Source of the DNA: Syntrophales bacterium
Lineage (GTDB): Bacteria > Desulfobacterota > Syntrophia > Syntrophales > UBA2210
Reading direction: 5' to 3'
DNA length: 64,000 bases
Assembly: GCA_963666365.2 (NCBI GenBank)
Contig: CAXXNF010000001.1
Location: forward strand, 1,221,255 to 1,285,254
Numbering within the stretch: position 1 is the first letter of the stretch; the number at the start of each line of letters is the position of its first letter. Below the pieces are notes generated by a model. The model was not told the DNA's origin, did not search any database, and saw only the letters and a list, made by a program, of their open reading frames with translations. The position numbers and the translations under genes were made by a program. Shown one piece after another: positions 9,764 through 19,645 of the stretch.

Positions 9764-10567
9764 TCAGGCGCCTTTGAAGTTGGGCTTGCGCTTTTCGGCG
9801 AATGCAACCATTGCCTCTCTGCAATCGTCGGAATTGAGCAGCAGCATGTTCTTGTGAACGGCCAGCGCGATGCCGTCGCGAATCGAGGCGAACCGGCTGT
9901 AATTAAGCACTTCTTTTGTGTTCTGGACAGCCAGTGGCGCACTTTCCTTGATTTCTTCGGCGAGCTTTTGCGCTGCGGCCATGAGGGTGTCCTGATCGGG
10001 ACAGACTTCAATCACCAGCCCCATCCGCTCCACCTCCGCGGCGGAGAAGAAACGGCCCGTGTAGGCCATCTGTCGCGTAGAGGCCTGACCGATGATAAAG
10101 GGCAGTCTCTGAAGCACGCCCATATCGGCCACGATGCCTATGCGCGCTTCGCGCAGTGAAAAACTGGCATCTTCCGTACAGAGACGCAGATCGCAGGAAG
10201 TGATGATGTCGAGCCCGGCGCCGACGCACATGCCATGAACGGCGGCGATAACCGGTTTTTTGCACTCTTCTATGGCATGGCAACATTCGAAGATATCCTT
10301 ATCGTGCAGGGGGATGTCAAGCATGTTGCGTGGATTGCCGATCAGACCGCGCGACATGGCGTCCTTCAGATCGAGTCCCGCCGAGAATATGCGGGCATTG
10401 CTTTTCAAAATGACGACCCACACATCATCCATTCCTTCAAGCTCATGAAATACCTCAGTAATCTCCGTGGCAAGCTCCATGCTCAGTGCGTTTAAACTTT
10501 CCTTTCTATTCAAGGCAACGGTTGCGACATGATCTTCCGTGGTGACCTCGATCCATTTATATTCCAT
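9764..10567 (-). CDS. enoyl-CoA hydratase/isomerase family protein (dienoyl-CoA-isomerase-like)
   Basis: ATG 10567 is preceded by AAGGAGG. VALNRKESLNAL...FSAGLDL...AVHGMCVGAGLD motifs. Confidence 0.85.
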   Translation of the reverse strand: MEYKWIEVTTEDHVATVALNRKESLNALSMELATEITEVFHELEGMDDVWVVILKSNARIFSAGLDLKDAMSRGLIGNPRNMLDIPLHDKDIFECCHAIEECKKPVIAAVHGMCVGAGLDIITSCDLRLCTEDASFSLREARIGIVADMGVLQRLPFIIGQASTRQMAYTGRFFSAAEVERMGLVIEVCPDQDTLMAAAQKLAEEIKESAPLAVQNTKEVLNYSRFASIRDGIALAVHKNMLLLNSDDCREAMVAFAEKRKPNFKGA

Positions 10568-10706
10568 AAGGACCTCCTTTGCGGGGTGTGGTAGTATTGA
10601 AGAGTCTCTACCACCAAAATAAAAAAAATACAATCCAAGATCCCAGGGACGCGATTCTGGCGATACCGTTTCGGCTGTGCTATGGTAATTTTTTGGAGGA
10701 ATTGTT

Positions 10707-11519
10707 ATGAAAAATACTGTTGCAGAAGATTATGCAAAGTTGGACAGGCCCGAAATTCTGTCCGTCCTTTTCTATCCCCGAAAGGAAGACGACTCTTTCG
10801 ACCGCAGGAAGGGTGGTTTCGAAATGCTGATTCCCGTGGCTGAGCACGTGTCGGTGGGCGCCTGCCTCTACCGCGCATCGAAGAACGCTCCCACCATCCT
10901 CTTCTTTCACGGAAACGGAGAAATTGTGGCGGATTACGAAGACATCGGTCCTCTCTACGCACGGTGCGGGATTAATTTTCTGGCAGTCGATTACCGGGGA
11001 TACGGCCGCTCGAAGGGATACCCGACGGTGACGGCGATGATGGCGGACTGTCACGCCATCCTCGCCTGCCTGACCGAATGGTTCCGCAGAGAGCATTACA
11101 CTGGGCCTCTCATCGTCATGGGACGATCGCTGGGAAGCGCCTCCGCTCTGGAACTGGCATATCGCCACAGCGATACCCTGGCGGGGCTTGTGATCGAAAG
11201 CGGGTTCGCCTATATGATGCCCCTGCTGCGACTGATGGGAATTCCCTTCGCCTCACTGGGCATCTCTGAAGAGGACGGGTGTCGCAATATCGAAAAAATC
11301 AAAGCCGTGACGATACCCACGCTGATTATTCATTCCCAGTACGATCAGATTATTCCCTTTTCCGACGGAAAGACGCTCTATAACGCATCGGGAACCGACG
11401 ACAAGCGTCTCCTCATGATCCCCGGCGCTGATCACAATACCATATTTGCCCAGGGATTACGGGAATATATGGCGGCGATCGAGGATTTCACGAAATCGCT
11501 GACTCCGGCACAGTCATGA
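10707..11519 (+). CDS. alpha/beta hydrolase
   Basis: GGAGG RBS. ILFFHGNGE, nucleophile elbow GRSLGS, and a late GADHN histidine motif. Confidence 0.8.
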   Translation: MKNTVAEDYAKLDRPEILSVLFYPRKEDDSFDRRKGGFEMLIPVAEHVSVGACLYRASKNAPTILFFHGNGEIVADYEDIGPLYARCGINFLAVDYRGYGRSKGYPTVTAMMADCHAILACLTEWFRREHYTGPLIVMGRSLGSASALELAYRHSDTLAGLVIESGFAYMMPLLRLMGIPFASLGISEEDGCRNIEKIKAVTIPTLIIHSQYDQIIPFSDGKTLYNASGTDDKRLLMIPGADHNTIFAQGLREYMAAIEDFTKSLTPAQS

Positions 11520-11580
11520 CGAAGGAGCTGCTTCTCTGAGGTTCTGCAAAGGCCTCTCCCCATACCGCCGCCTTTGCATA

Positions 11581-12111
11581 CTATTTTTGCCCGCGTTTCT
11601 CCGCTATCTTCTTCTGCTCGTCGAGGATAATGCGGGTTGCCATACGCGCCGTTTCACCTACAAGCGTGGAGCATTTTTCGGGCATTCCCGCTTTGAAGGC
11701 CTCTTCCATTTCTTTGGGGTCGTACAGATTGTAAAATCTTCCCACCAGCTTCTTCTGAATATCACAACACCGACAGGTACCGTATTTTTCCAAAAATTCA
11801 TCATGCAGTTTTTTTGACAGCATGCAGGCCTTCAATTGTTTCATTATATTGCCGAAATCTTCAAGTGAGCGCCCGAAAAAGTACCCGATGGCCAATGTGC
11901 CGCCCGACAGGGCGCCGCAGTGACCGTTGCCGGTAAGCCCAACCCCGTCGGCAAGTCCCGTGGCGGCCCTGAATACCGCCCCGTCCTGAACTCCCAGGGC
12001 TTCGAACACACCCGCAAGGGTGCATTGCGGACAGCCGCCGCTTGCGAGTTCATAGGCTTTCGCGCGATCGAAGGCACGCTGCAGAATATCTTCTTCTCGA
12101 TCTCCCATCAT
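11581..12111 (-). CDS. C_GCAxxG_C_C family redox protein
   Basis: CPQCTLAGV..., GHCGALSGG and C-terminal CRCC/C motifs. Start at the ATG after GAGGAGG. Confidence 0.7.
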   Translation of the reverse strand: MMGDREEDILQRAFDRAKAYELASGGCPQCTLAGVFEALGVQDGAVFRAATGLADGVGLTGNGHCGALSGGTLAIGYFFGRSLEDFGNIMKQLKACMLSKKLHDEFLEKYGTCRCCDIQKKLVGRFYNLYDPKEMEEAFKAGMPEKCSTLVGETARMATRIILDEQKKIAEKRGQK

Positions 12112-12198
12112 AGTGTTTCCTCCTCTTTCATAAGTATAATTTCTGGTTTTCATGCCCCGCGACCGGCGTCGCCGCCGGGACTCATATCGCGGTGGCGT

Positions 12199-15111
12199 TT
12201 ACAGCACTTTGAATATTTCCAGGGCAAGATTCCCTTTTTGCATCGCCGCCTCTATGGCATCTGCCGAACCGAGCACCTTTATCGACCCTCGATGGCACAC
12301 TTCGGCGAGTACCTCGGCAAATTCGGTGAAGTGTGCCGCGGTGGTGGCGCGCACCTCGTCCCGGATCTTCTGACGGTCTTCGTCGGTGCTCCCTGCCAGC
12401 GTCCGAACCATCGATGCGTATCCCTTGGCATCGGGCAGCATGTAGGCATCCATATCGCCGATAGCGCCTATTATGGCCTTTGTCAACTCATCCTGACTTA
12501 GGCTCAATTCCTTTAAAAACCGGGATGTCTCATCAAATATTTGCAGCGTTTTGAGAAGATTCGGGTCCCGATAGGAAAGGAAGGTCAGCACGCCGGAAAG
12601 CCGGTCGAAAGAACAGAACGCCCCGTAGGCGCCCCCCTGCACCCGCACACGTTCCCATAACCAGGTGGTGCGCAGATAGCGGGCAATGACCCCGACGGAT
12701 CCGTGATATCGATAGCCCTGCCGGTATAAATCGGCCCCTTTGCCCACATAGTTTACCTGTGAAGGGGCCACCATCGCCTCGTGAGGAAGGATCTCCTCCC
12801 GATTCCAGGGAGCTCTGGAAAAGGCGCGCTCAGGCATGCAGTCCATAAAGTGATGAATCCGGGGCTCTATTGCCTGCCATCCCTCTTCGTCAATGGTGAC
12901 ATTGACGAGCATTGCCTTCCGGTTTATGATAAGCGCTGACAGTTCATTCAGGATGCGGAGGACCGATTCCCAATCCTCTTCAATCATCGTTACCAGCCTG
13001 CGCAAAAAGAAGAGATAGCTTATTCCGCCCATCTGCTCAGCCGCCCAGTCCGCCTCGTTAAACTGGGCGCGCAGGCGAAGATTGACCACCTGATGGCCGC
13101 CCGGTATCAGCCGCTGTTCCATCCGCGCCTTTTCTTCCAGGGCCATCTGTTTGAATCGCCCTTTATCGTCAAAGCGGGGTGTAAGGAGCAGATCACTCAT
13201 AATATCAAGCAGATCATCTACCTGATGACGCATCCCCTTTCCCCTCAGGAAAAGTTTTGCCGTTGTCTGATCGCTTCCGTGGACAAGGGACAGGATGGAA
13301 GAAGTGTGAATGCCCCCCGTTTTTCTGCCGATCCGCTGGAATACTTTGACATAATCCTCCTTTTCGGTACCCATCTCCAGCAGGGCCCTGCTGAAAAGGG
13401 GAAGGTAGGGGATATAGCCTTGGGGCACGGTATGGATGTCGAATCCCGCATCGATATAGGCAATCCCGCTGGTAAAGAGATCGTGATACAGGATGGGCGC
13501 CCCGGCATGGTTCAAGGTGACGGAGGGGATGATTTTGTTGTATCGATCAAGATCGGAAAGCGCAAGCGACGGTATCGTCCGGAGCGCCTCCGGCGGATCG
13601 GGCGCTTCCTGCATCGCTTTTAAGACCTTGGCTTCCTGCACGATTTCATCGAGGCGGCGACCATCCATTTCAGCCTTTATCCTGGCCAGTGATTCTTTTT
13701 CCTCCTCTTCTCTTTTCTTTCTCAATGCGGGATCGGGGATGAGATTGACCCGCGTCCGGTGTGGATTCTCCAGAAAATAGCGGCGGATAAGAGTCTCAAA
13801 AAAGGCCCTGTCCGATCGTATCTGCTCTTTGAGCGCCTCAAGCGGCTTTTCGTAGGCAACCAGCGCAAGCGGATCGGCGTCATAAAGCCAGCCGGTCAGC
13901 GCCCGCAGCATCAGAATCAGCCCCCGGGGATAACTGCCCGTGTTGTTCTCCCGCAACCCGAATTCCAGGGTATTGACGGCTGCTTCTACGGCATCGGCCT
14001 CTATGCCCGATTCGGCAAGTTCAGCCAGGGTCTTCATGATCAGATCTTCAACGGCCTGTATCCGTTCCTCGGGAACCCCCTTCATTCCTACGGAAAAGAA
14101 CATCTGGCGCAGTTCATCCTCCAGGCCGCCGCCGACAATATCCTCACCGAGCCCCGATTCAATAAGGGCCTTTCTGAGGGGTGAGCCGGGCGTACCGAGA
14201 AGTATGTAGCTCAACACATTGAGGGCCATGTTGGAATCTACATCCACTGTTTCGTCAAAGAGCCAGTTGAGAACGATCATCCCCTTCTCATCCCCTTCTT
14301 CACCCGCGTCAAAGTGACGGGTAAGACTTCGGGGCCCCTCGAATTTCGGTTGCAGGGGTATCGATGAATCGATGGAAAGGGCATCGTATTCCTTAAGATA
14401 TTCATTGACGAGCCGCAGCCGCTCTTCAGGATCGTCGTCGCCCCAGAAAAATATACGGGCATTCGACGGATGATAGTACCGCCGATGAAACTCACTGAAC
14501 CGCTCATAGGTAAGATCGGGAATCTTCTCGGGGTCGCCTCCGGAATCGAACCCGTAGGTCGTATCGGGGAAAAGCGATTGCTGCGAGTATTCGGCCAGAA
14601 GACTTTCCGGCGAGGAATAGGCCCCCTTCATCTCGTTGTAGACGACACCCAGATACTGAAGGGGATCTTCGGGATGTTCGAGATCAAAGTGCCATCCTTC
14701 CTGTTTGAAAATCTCCGGCGTAATGCGGGGATAGAAGACAGCATCCAGATAGACGTCGATCAGATTATAGAAATCCTGTACATTCTGACTTGCCACGGGA
14801 TAGCAGGTCCGATCGGGGTAGGTAAAGGCGTTGAGAAAGGTCTGGAGGGAACCCTTCAGAATTTCCACAAAAGGTTCCTTCACGGGATACTTTCTCGACC
14901 CGCACAGCACCGAGTGCTCCAATATATGGGCCACACCGGTCGAATCCCCGGGAGGCGTGCGAAAGGTAATGCCGAACACCTTGTTTTCATCGTCATTTAT
15001 CATCGAAAGCAGTTCAGCGCCCGTTTTTACATGCCGGTACACGCGCGCCTTCGTTCTGAATTCGTTAATGTCCTTTTCATAGACAAGCTGAAATCCGTGC
15101 AGACTTTTCAT
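12199..15111 (-). CDS. M16C (PreP/pitrilysin-like) insulinase-family metallopeptidase
   Basis: About 970 aa. Inverted zinc motif HILEHSVLCGS near the N-terminus and the VVYNEMKG motif. Start taken at MKSLHGF (15111); the ORF extends to 15147. Confidence 0.9.
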   Translation of the reverse strand: MKSLHGFQLVYEKDINEFRTKARVYRHVKTGAELLSMINDDENKVFGITFRTPPGDSTGVAHILEHSVLCGSRKYPVKEPFVEILKGSLQTFLNAFTYPDRTCYPVASQNVQDFYNLIDVYLDAVFYPRITPEIFKQEGWHFDLEHPEDPLQYLGVVYNEMKGAYSSPESLLAEYSQQSLFPDTTYGFDSGGDPEKIPDLTYERFSEFHRRYYHPSNARIFFWGDDDPEERLRLVNEYLKEYDALSIDSSIPLQPKFEGPRSLTRHFDAGEEGDEKGMIVLNWLFDETVDVDSNMALNVLSYILLGTPGSPLRKALIESGLGEDIVGGGLEDELRQMFFSVGMKGVPEERIQAVEDLIMKTLAELAESGIEADAVEAAVNTLEFGLRENNTGSYPRGLILMLRALTGWLYDADPLALVAYEKPLEALKEQIRSDRAFFETLIRRYFLENPHRTRVNLIPDPALRKKREEEEKESLARIKAEMDGRRLDEIVQEAKVLKAMQEAPDPPEALRTIPSLALSDLDRYNKIIPSVTLNHAGAPILYHDLFTSGIAYIDAGFDIHTVPQGYIPYLPLFSRALLEMGTEKEDYVKVFQRIGRKTGGIHTSSILSLVHGSDQTTAKLFLRGKGMRHQVDDLLDIMSDLLLTPRFDDKGRFKQMALEEKARMEQRLIPGGHQVVNLRLRAQFNEADWAAEQMGGISYLFFLRRLVTMIEEDWESVLRILNELSALIINRKAMLVNVTIDEEGWQAIEPRIHHFMDCMPERAFSRAPWNREEILPHEAMVAPSQVNYVGKGADLYRQGYRYHGSVGVIARYLRTTWLWERVRVQGGAYGAFCSFDRLSGVLTFLSYRDPNLLKTLQIFDETSRFLKELSLSQDELTKAIIGAIGDMDAYMLPDAKGYASMVRTLAGSTDEDRQKIRDEVRATTAAHFTEFAEVLAEVCHRGSIKVLGSADAIEAAMQKGNLALEIFKVL

Positions 15112-15278
15112 TATGTGTGAGACCCCTTTTCTTCGATCCCCTTTCATACTTGATTTTTTTCACTGCTTCAACACTCTTCTGAACATTCTTTCCGCGGGAT
15201 GCGCGAAATGAGAAAAGATTGACTTGCTGCCATACAGCCGGTATCATTCCGGTCAGATTCCAATTACAGGGGCTGCCC

Positions 15279-16028
15279 ATGACTGCCGATGAATATCAAG
15301 AAGCCCGCGGGGTCGCGCAGGAAATTGCCGATTCTCTAGATCCTCCCCTTTTTTACCGTGACAAAAAGGAAGAATGCGCACTCTCGCGGCGCCTAATGGG
15401 GGAAACCCCTCTGGTTGAAGCCTGCGTCTCTATATTAAAGGAAAAAAAGGCCTCCTACGGTCATGGGCTGTCCCATGCCTGTAAGGTTGCCGTCGATGCC
15501 GGGGCAATAATTATCGTGGAAGGGTTTGACGGCGCACCCGGCCTGCGGAGACTTGTCTTTCTTGCCCACATTGCCGGAGTGCTTCATGATATCGCCCGTT
15601 CGAATCCAGATCACGCCCACCTTGGGGCGCAGGAAGCGGGAATCATTCTGGCCGGATTCAGTCTTCCCGGCCCAGACATTAAGGCAATCACGGGGGCAAT
15701 TGAAAATCACGAGGCCTTTCAGCCCTCCAAACCACTGGATACCAAATCCGCCCAGCTTCTTTCCGATGCACTCTACGATGCCGACAAGTTCCGCTGGGGT
15801 CCCGATAATTTCACGGAAATGATCTGGGACATTCTGGCCCCCCGCAGGGTTCCCGTGGCAAAACTGATGGAGCGATTCCTTCCCGGCCTGAAGGGAATTG
15901 AAAAGATTCGGGATACCTTTCGCACCGAAACCGGCAAAAGATACGGTCCCGATTTCATCGACAGGGGCGTCATGATAGGCCTGGAACTCTACCGGCGTCT
16001 CGGCGGAACCGATACCTACAGACAATAA
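15279..16028 (+). CDS. HD-domain phosphohydrolase-like protein
   Basis: H...HD signature (GLSHACKV...AGVLHDIAR). Coherent 249-aa ORF starting MTADEYQEARG. Confidence 0.7.
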   Translation: MTADEYQEARGVAQEIADSLDPPLFYRDKKEECALSRRLMGETPLVEACVSILKEKKASYGHGLSHACKVAVDAGAIIIVEGFDGAPGLRRLVFLAHIAGVLHDIARSNPDHAHLGAQEAGIILAGFSLPGPDIKAITGAIENHEAFQPSKPLDTKSAQLLSDALYDADKFRWGPDNFTEMIWDILAPRRVPVAKLMERFLPGLKGIEKIRDTFRTETGKRYGPDFIDRGVMIGLELYRRLGGTDTYRQ

Positions 16029-16223
16029 GTCAACTGACAATTCTTTTCCGGACAATCTCTCTTGCCTGATACTGTTAAGGGGAGGGACACCGTTCATAGC
16101 ATTGGACTTTCACGAGCATTCGCGATAGTATTGGATAAAAATGTTGTGCACTGAAGTAAGAGCCCCTTGGGGAGAAGCACCGCCCCCCGATAACGCTACC
16201 AATGAGTGAGGAGGGATAGTATC

Positions 16224-16673
16224 ATGTTGACCGCTCGCGATATCATGACCAGCAACATCGTGACTGTAGCACCGGACACGGAAATTGTAGAAGCGGCGAA
16301 ACGCCTGCTTGAACAGCACCTCAACGGTCTGCCCGTAGTGAATGAGGCGGGCAGGCTTGTCGGCATCATATGCCAGGAAGATCTCGTCATGCAGCAGAAG
16401 AAAATTCCCCTTCCCTCATTTTTTATGCTGCTGGACAGCCTTATACCCCTCAAATCCTCCAAATCCATTGAACGGGAGATTGAAAAAATCGCCGCCGCCA
16501 CCGTGGAAAAGGCCATGACAAAGAACCCCGTCACTATCGGCCCCGAAACCAGTATTGAAGATATCGCCACTCTTATGGTTACCAAAAAAATTCATACGCT
16601 TCCCGTGGTGGAAGGGGAAACGCTCATCGGCATAGTGGGAAAGGAGGATGTGCTTCGAACCCTCATGCCCTGA
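16224..16673 (+). CDS. CBS-pair domain protein
   Basis: GAGGAGG RBS. Two CBS repeats (ARDIMTSNIVTV...GLPVV; VEKAMTKNPVTI...TLPVV). Confidence 0.85.
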   Translation: MLTARDIMTSNIVTVAPDTEIVEAAKRLLEQHLNGLPVVNEAGRLVGIICQEDLVMQQKKIPLPSFFMLLDSLIPLKSSKSIEREIEKIAAATVEKAMTKNPVTIGPETSIEDIATLMVTKKIHTLPVVEGETLIGIVGKEDVLRTLMP

Positions 16674-16693
16674 CCCTTCATTGCAAGGCCTCG

Positions 16694-17236
16694 TCACGGC
16701 TCCTGCGGCGGGCAGGACGCAAGCCATCGATCGAGGGCGGCTGCGGCAAGGCAGGCTCTCAGCTGATCACAGACGCGCAGGTCCGTGGGAAAGGCCATCG
16801 CTTCGGGAAGCGCATCAAGGGGAAAAAACTGAACCTCGCCTGCATCCGATCCTGCATGCGGGATGCCGCCCTTTCGCGTCCCCCAGAACCAGATTCCCAC
16901 TGTCTGACGTTGGCGGTCATGAAAATTTGAGTGCACGGCAAAGACAGGACCGAGATGTACATCCAGCCCCGTTTCCTCCTTGAATTCCCGTGCCGCCGCA
17001 CCGCGTACATCCTCGTCCCATTCCAGATGCCCGCAGGGAATGCACCACATTCCTTCATAGGAGCCGAGACGTTTCACCAGGAGAATCTGGCCGTTCTCGA
17101 CAAGAATAACCGCCACCCCCACCGTTGGATTGCGATAGTACACAACATCACAGGAGGGGCAGTACTTTCTTTTTTTATCGCCTGATGTCTTGACTGCCAA
17201 CTGAGTCCCGCAGGCGGGACAGTAACAAAATTCCAT
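16694..17236 (-). CDS. NUDIX hydrolase with N-terminal zinc ribbon
   Basis: CPACG...CPSC ribbon, then a Nudix box ([22 protein letters not shown]). Confidence 0.8.
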   Translation of the reverse strand: MEFCYCPACGTQLAVKTSGDKKRKYCPSCDVVYYRNPTVGVAVILVENGQILLVKRLGSYEGMWCIPCGHLEWDEDVRGAAAREFKEETGLDVHLGPVFAVHSNFHDRQRQTVGIWFWGTRKGGIPHAGSDAGEVQFFPLDALPEAMAFPTDLRVCDQLRACLAAAALDRWLASCPPQEP

Positions 17237-17436
17237 AGCGGCGCCTCGCTCCGCCAACGGGAAGAACCTTTTCCCGATCGCGTATTTATATACCCCCGGA
17301 CGGTACGCGCCAATCATAGGAAAAAGAACCCTGTCCTGTCAAAGGAAAGATTCTCCACCCACCCGGGGACTGCTATCTCTTGACAAAAGCGGGCCGCTCT
17401 CATATATGCAGGGGAATAACAAGGAGACGATTCACC

Positions 17437-18477
17437 ATGCGCATTGATGAACGCACCATCGAGGCAGTAGGTAAAAAATTTTCACGAGAGCTTGTCGATC
17501 CGGTAGAGGTTGTCCTTTTTACCACTGAGCTGCCCACGGGCAGTTGCGACAACCGGGGATACAATGAATTCGCAGAGGACCTTCTTGAGGCATTTGAAGA
17601 AATAAGCGACAAGCTCTCGATTACACGACTGGATCTCTATGGTGCGAGGGGAAAGGACCTCGGACTTATCATATCCCCCACCCTTCTTATCGGCGTCGAA
17701 GGCCGTTATCCCGTCCAGTACTGGGGGGCGCCCACCGGTGAGGAAGGGGGAATTTTCATCGAAACGATCGTGACGGCTTCCCGCCGGGAGACAGGTCTCA
17801 GCGCCCGATCGCGGGAGAAAATAGACGCCATTGACCGCAGGACCCTCATCGAATGCTTCGTGGCGCCCGAGTGCCCCCACTGTCCCCGCGCCGTTTTCCT
17901 CGCACACAGGATTGCGCTTACCTCGGGCGGCATAGTCACTTCACGGTGCATCGACGTAGTCGAATGCATGAACAGGGCGCTTGAATTCAATGTGACATCG
18001 GTGCCGCACATGGTCATCAATGAAGATCCCTCGTCGATGCTGAGCGGCGTGCAGGATGAACGGACCATGGTCAACAGGGTGCTCGCCTACGGATCGAGCC
18101 GGGCGGATGAAATTCTCAGGGAAGAGGAACGACGTCGGGCCGCCTTTCCCGCCCACCCGGGACATCCCGTCGATCTGACCGACGCCACCATCGATCATGC
18201 ACTCGACGCCTACCCCTTCCTGGTGGTTGACTGCTGGGCTTCCTGGTGTGCCCCCTGCACCACCCTCCGTCCCGTTATAGATTCACTGGCCCGGACATTG
18301 AAAGCACAGGTCGTATTCGGCAGGCTCGACGTGGACACCAACGGCGAAAGCGCCACACGCTTCGGCGTCCAATCCCTGCCGACGCTGCTCATTTTCAAAG
18401 AGGGCATCCACGCAGGCACGCTCTTCGGCATCATGACGGAAGAAAGCCTGGCGGAAAAAATAATAGCCTACCGGTAA
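17437..18477 (+). CDS. glutaredoxin-like protein-disulfide oxidoreductase (PDO-type) fused to thioredoxin
   Basis: AAGGAG RBS. N-terminal two-unit PDO-like region with a single CPHC site, a linker, then a classical thioredoxin (DCWASWCAPC...SLPTLLIFKEG). Confidence 0.8.
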   Translation: MRIDERTIEAVGKKFSRELVDPVEVVLFTTELPTGSCDNRGYNEFAEDLLEAFEEISDKLSITRLDLYGARGKDLGLIISPTLLIGVEGRYPVQYWGAPTGEEGGIFIETIVTASRRETGLSARSREKIDAIDRRTLIECFVAPECPHCPRAVFLAHRIALTSGGIVTSRCIDVVECMNRALEFNVTSVPHMVINEDPSSMLSGVQDERTMVNRVLAYGSSRADEILREEERRRAAFPAHPGHPVDLTDATIDHALDAYPFLVVDCWASWCAPCTTLRPVIDSLARTLKAQVVFGRLDVDTNGESATRFGVQSLPTLLIFKEGIHAGTLFGIMTEESLAEKIIAYR

Positions 18478-18483
18478 GACAAA

Positions 18484-18748
18484 CCGCAAATTGACACGAA
18501 TGAACATAAATAGACACAGAGAAGTCATAATCATTCGCGTCCATTAACGTTCATTCGCGGTGCCAGTCCCAAATATTTAACCGCGAATTGACACGAATAA
18601 ACATAAATAGACACTGAGAAGTCATAATCATTCGCGTCCATTAACGTTCATTCGCGGTGCCAGTCCCACGTATTTAACCGCGAATTGACACGAATGAACA
18701 CTGATATAAAAACAATGAATTCGAGTCCATTAACGTTCATTCGCGGTT
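18484..18748. repeat. 97-bp tandem repeat, about 2.7 copies, each unit internally palindromic
   Basis: Unit starts (CCGCRAATTGACACGAAT...) at 18484, 18581 and 18678. Copies 1 and 2 differ at only a handful of positions; copy 3 is diverged and truncated. Each unit contains CCGCGAAT..GAATGAAC paired with GTTCATTCGCGG. Confidence 0.9.
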
Positions 18749-18774
18749 GCTTTCAGGTGTCGGCTGACGATGTG

Positions 18775-19251
18775 TCAGGGGCGTGGTGGCAGTACTTCAA
18801 AGGGGGAATCGTGAAGCCATCCTACCTCCATCACCCCCCAGAGGCCGGCGAGGATGGCCTCGGCGGCATCGTGGCGCAGTGAGGTGGGGTTGGGGGCGCC
18901 GGACCACTGGATAACGCGGCGGGCGATTTCGTCGGCATGCTCTTTCGCCTTTTCTCCGCTTCTGCGGTTCCGGGGGATCAGAAAGCGGGTGCGCCAGGTT
19001 TCCGCTGAAATCTGAAGCACCGCAATGTCGTGCTTTCGCGCCTCTGCGATCCATAGATCAGCCGGGTTACCCCCTCCTTCAAGTACAATCCATTGCAGAT
19101 CCGTGAGGGCCTTCAGGACCCCGGGAATCCCCCTTTTCAGGCGAGAGGCGGCGCCGAAATTCTGGGATCGATACCACTTCAGACGGCCGTCGTCGCCGAA
19201 AATGGCGAATCCCGTTTTCACGCCGCAGTCAACGGCAAGCAGCGAGGCCAT
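18775..19251 (-). CDS. RNase-H-fold (RuvC/RuvX-like) putative nuclease
   Basis: 158 aa. LLAVDCGVKTGFAIF N-terminal Asp motif, VLEGGG, and a C-terminal RHDAAEAILAGLWG, similar to the RuvC/YqgF acidic C-terminal helix. Confidence 0.6.
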   Translation of the reverse strand: MASLLAVDCGVKTGFAIFGDDGRLKWYRSQNFGAASRLKRGIPGVLKALTDLQWIVLEGGGNPADLWIAEARKHDIAVLQISAETWRTRFLIPRNRRSGEKAKEHADEIARRVIQWSGAPNPTSLRHDAAEAILAGLWGVMEVGWLHDSPFEVLPPRP

Positions 19252-19260
19252 GAAAAATCC

Positions 19261-19563
19261 TTATTCTGCTTCTTCTTTCGCGGGCAGGTCGGCATCTTTC
19301 AGCTTCGTGAGAAATGCCTCCACATCTGTCTTTTCGTCATCGAAGGTCACTTCGGCGACTTTTTCATTATGATCGGTGGTCACTTTCACCACACCCTCAA
19401 TACCCTTCAACAACACCCGCACCTTGGTCGCCAGACCGGCGCTGTCCGCTGCGGGAACCTTCAATGTGACCGTCCGTCTGGCCGCCCAGACCGTCTCCCC
19501 TGCGGCGGCAAAGACGATAAGGCACAGACCGGCTAAAAGCATGGCGCCTCGTTTCCTGTTCAT
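19261..19563 (-). CDS. exported HMA-fold-like protein lacking the CxxC metal site
   Basis: ATG 19563 follows GGAGG. Signal peptide MNRKRGAMLLAGLCLIVFAAAG, then a beta-alpha-beta-beta-alpha-beta pattern typical of HMA domains (TVTLKV...GIEGVVKVTTD...AEVTFDD). AADSAG replaces GMTCxxC. Confidence 0.55.
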   Translation of the reverse strand: MNRKRGAMLLAGLCLIVFAAAGETVWAARRTVTLKVPAADSAGLATKVRVLLKGIEGVVKVTTDHNEKVAEVTFDDEKTDVEAFLTKLKDADLPAKEEAE

Positions 19564-19645
19564 TCCGGATTCCTCCCCTTCCATTTCTGGACACATGGGC
19601 AATTCTCAATCCTTTACAGGCAGATACAATGGCACCTGCCCCTTA

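Noticed and set aside
18484-18748. Possibility that the tandem repeat is a CRISPR array
   Set aside because: The units abut directly with a 97-bp period and no unique spacers. No cas genes are in the window.
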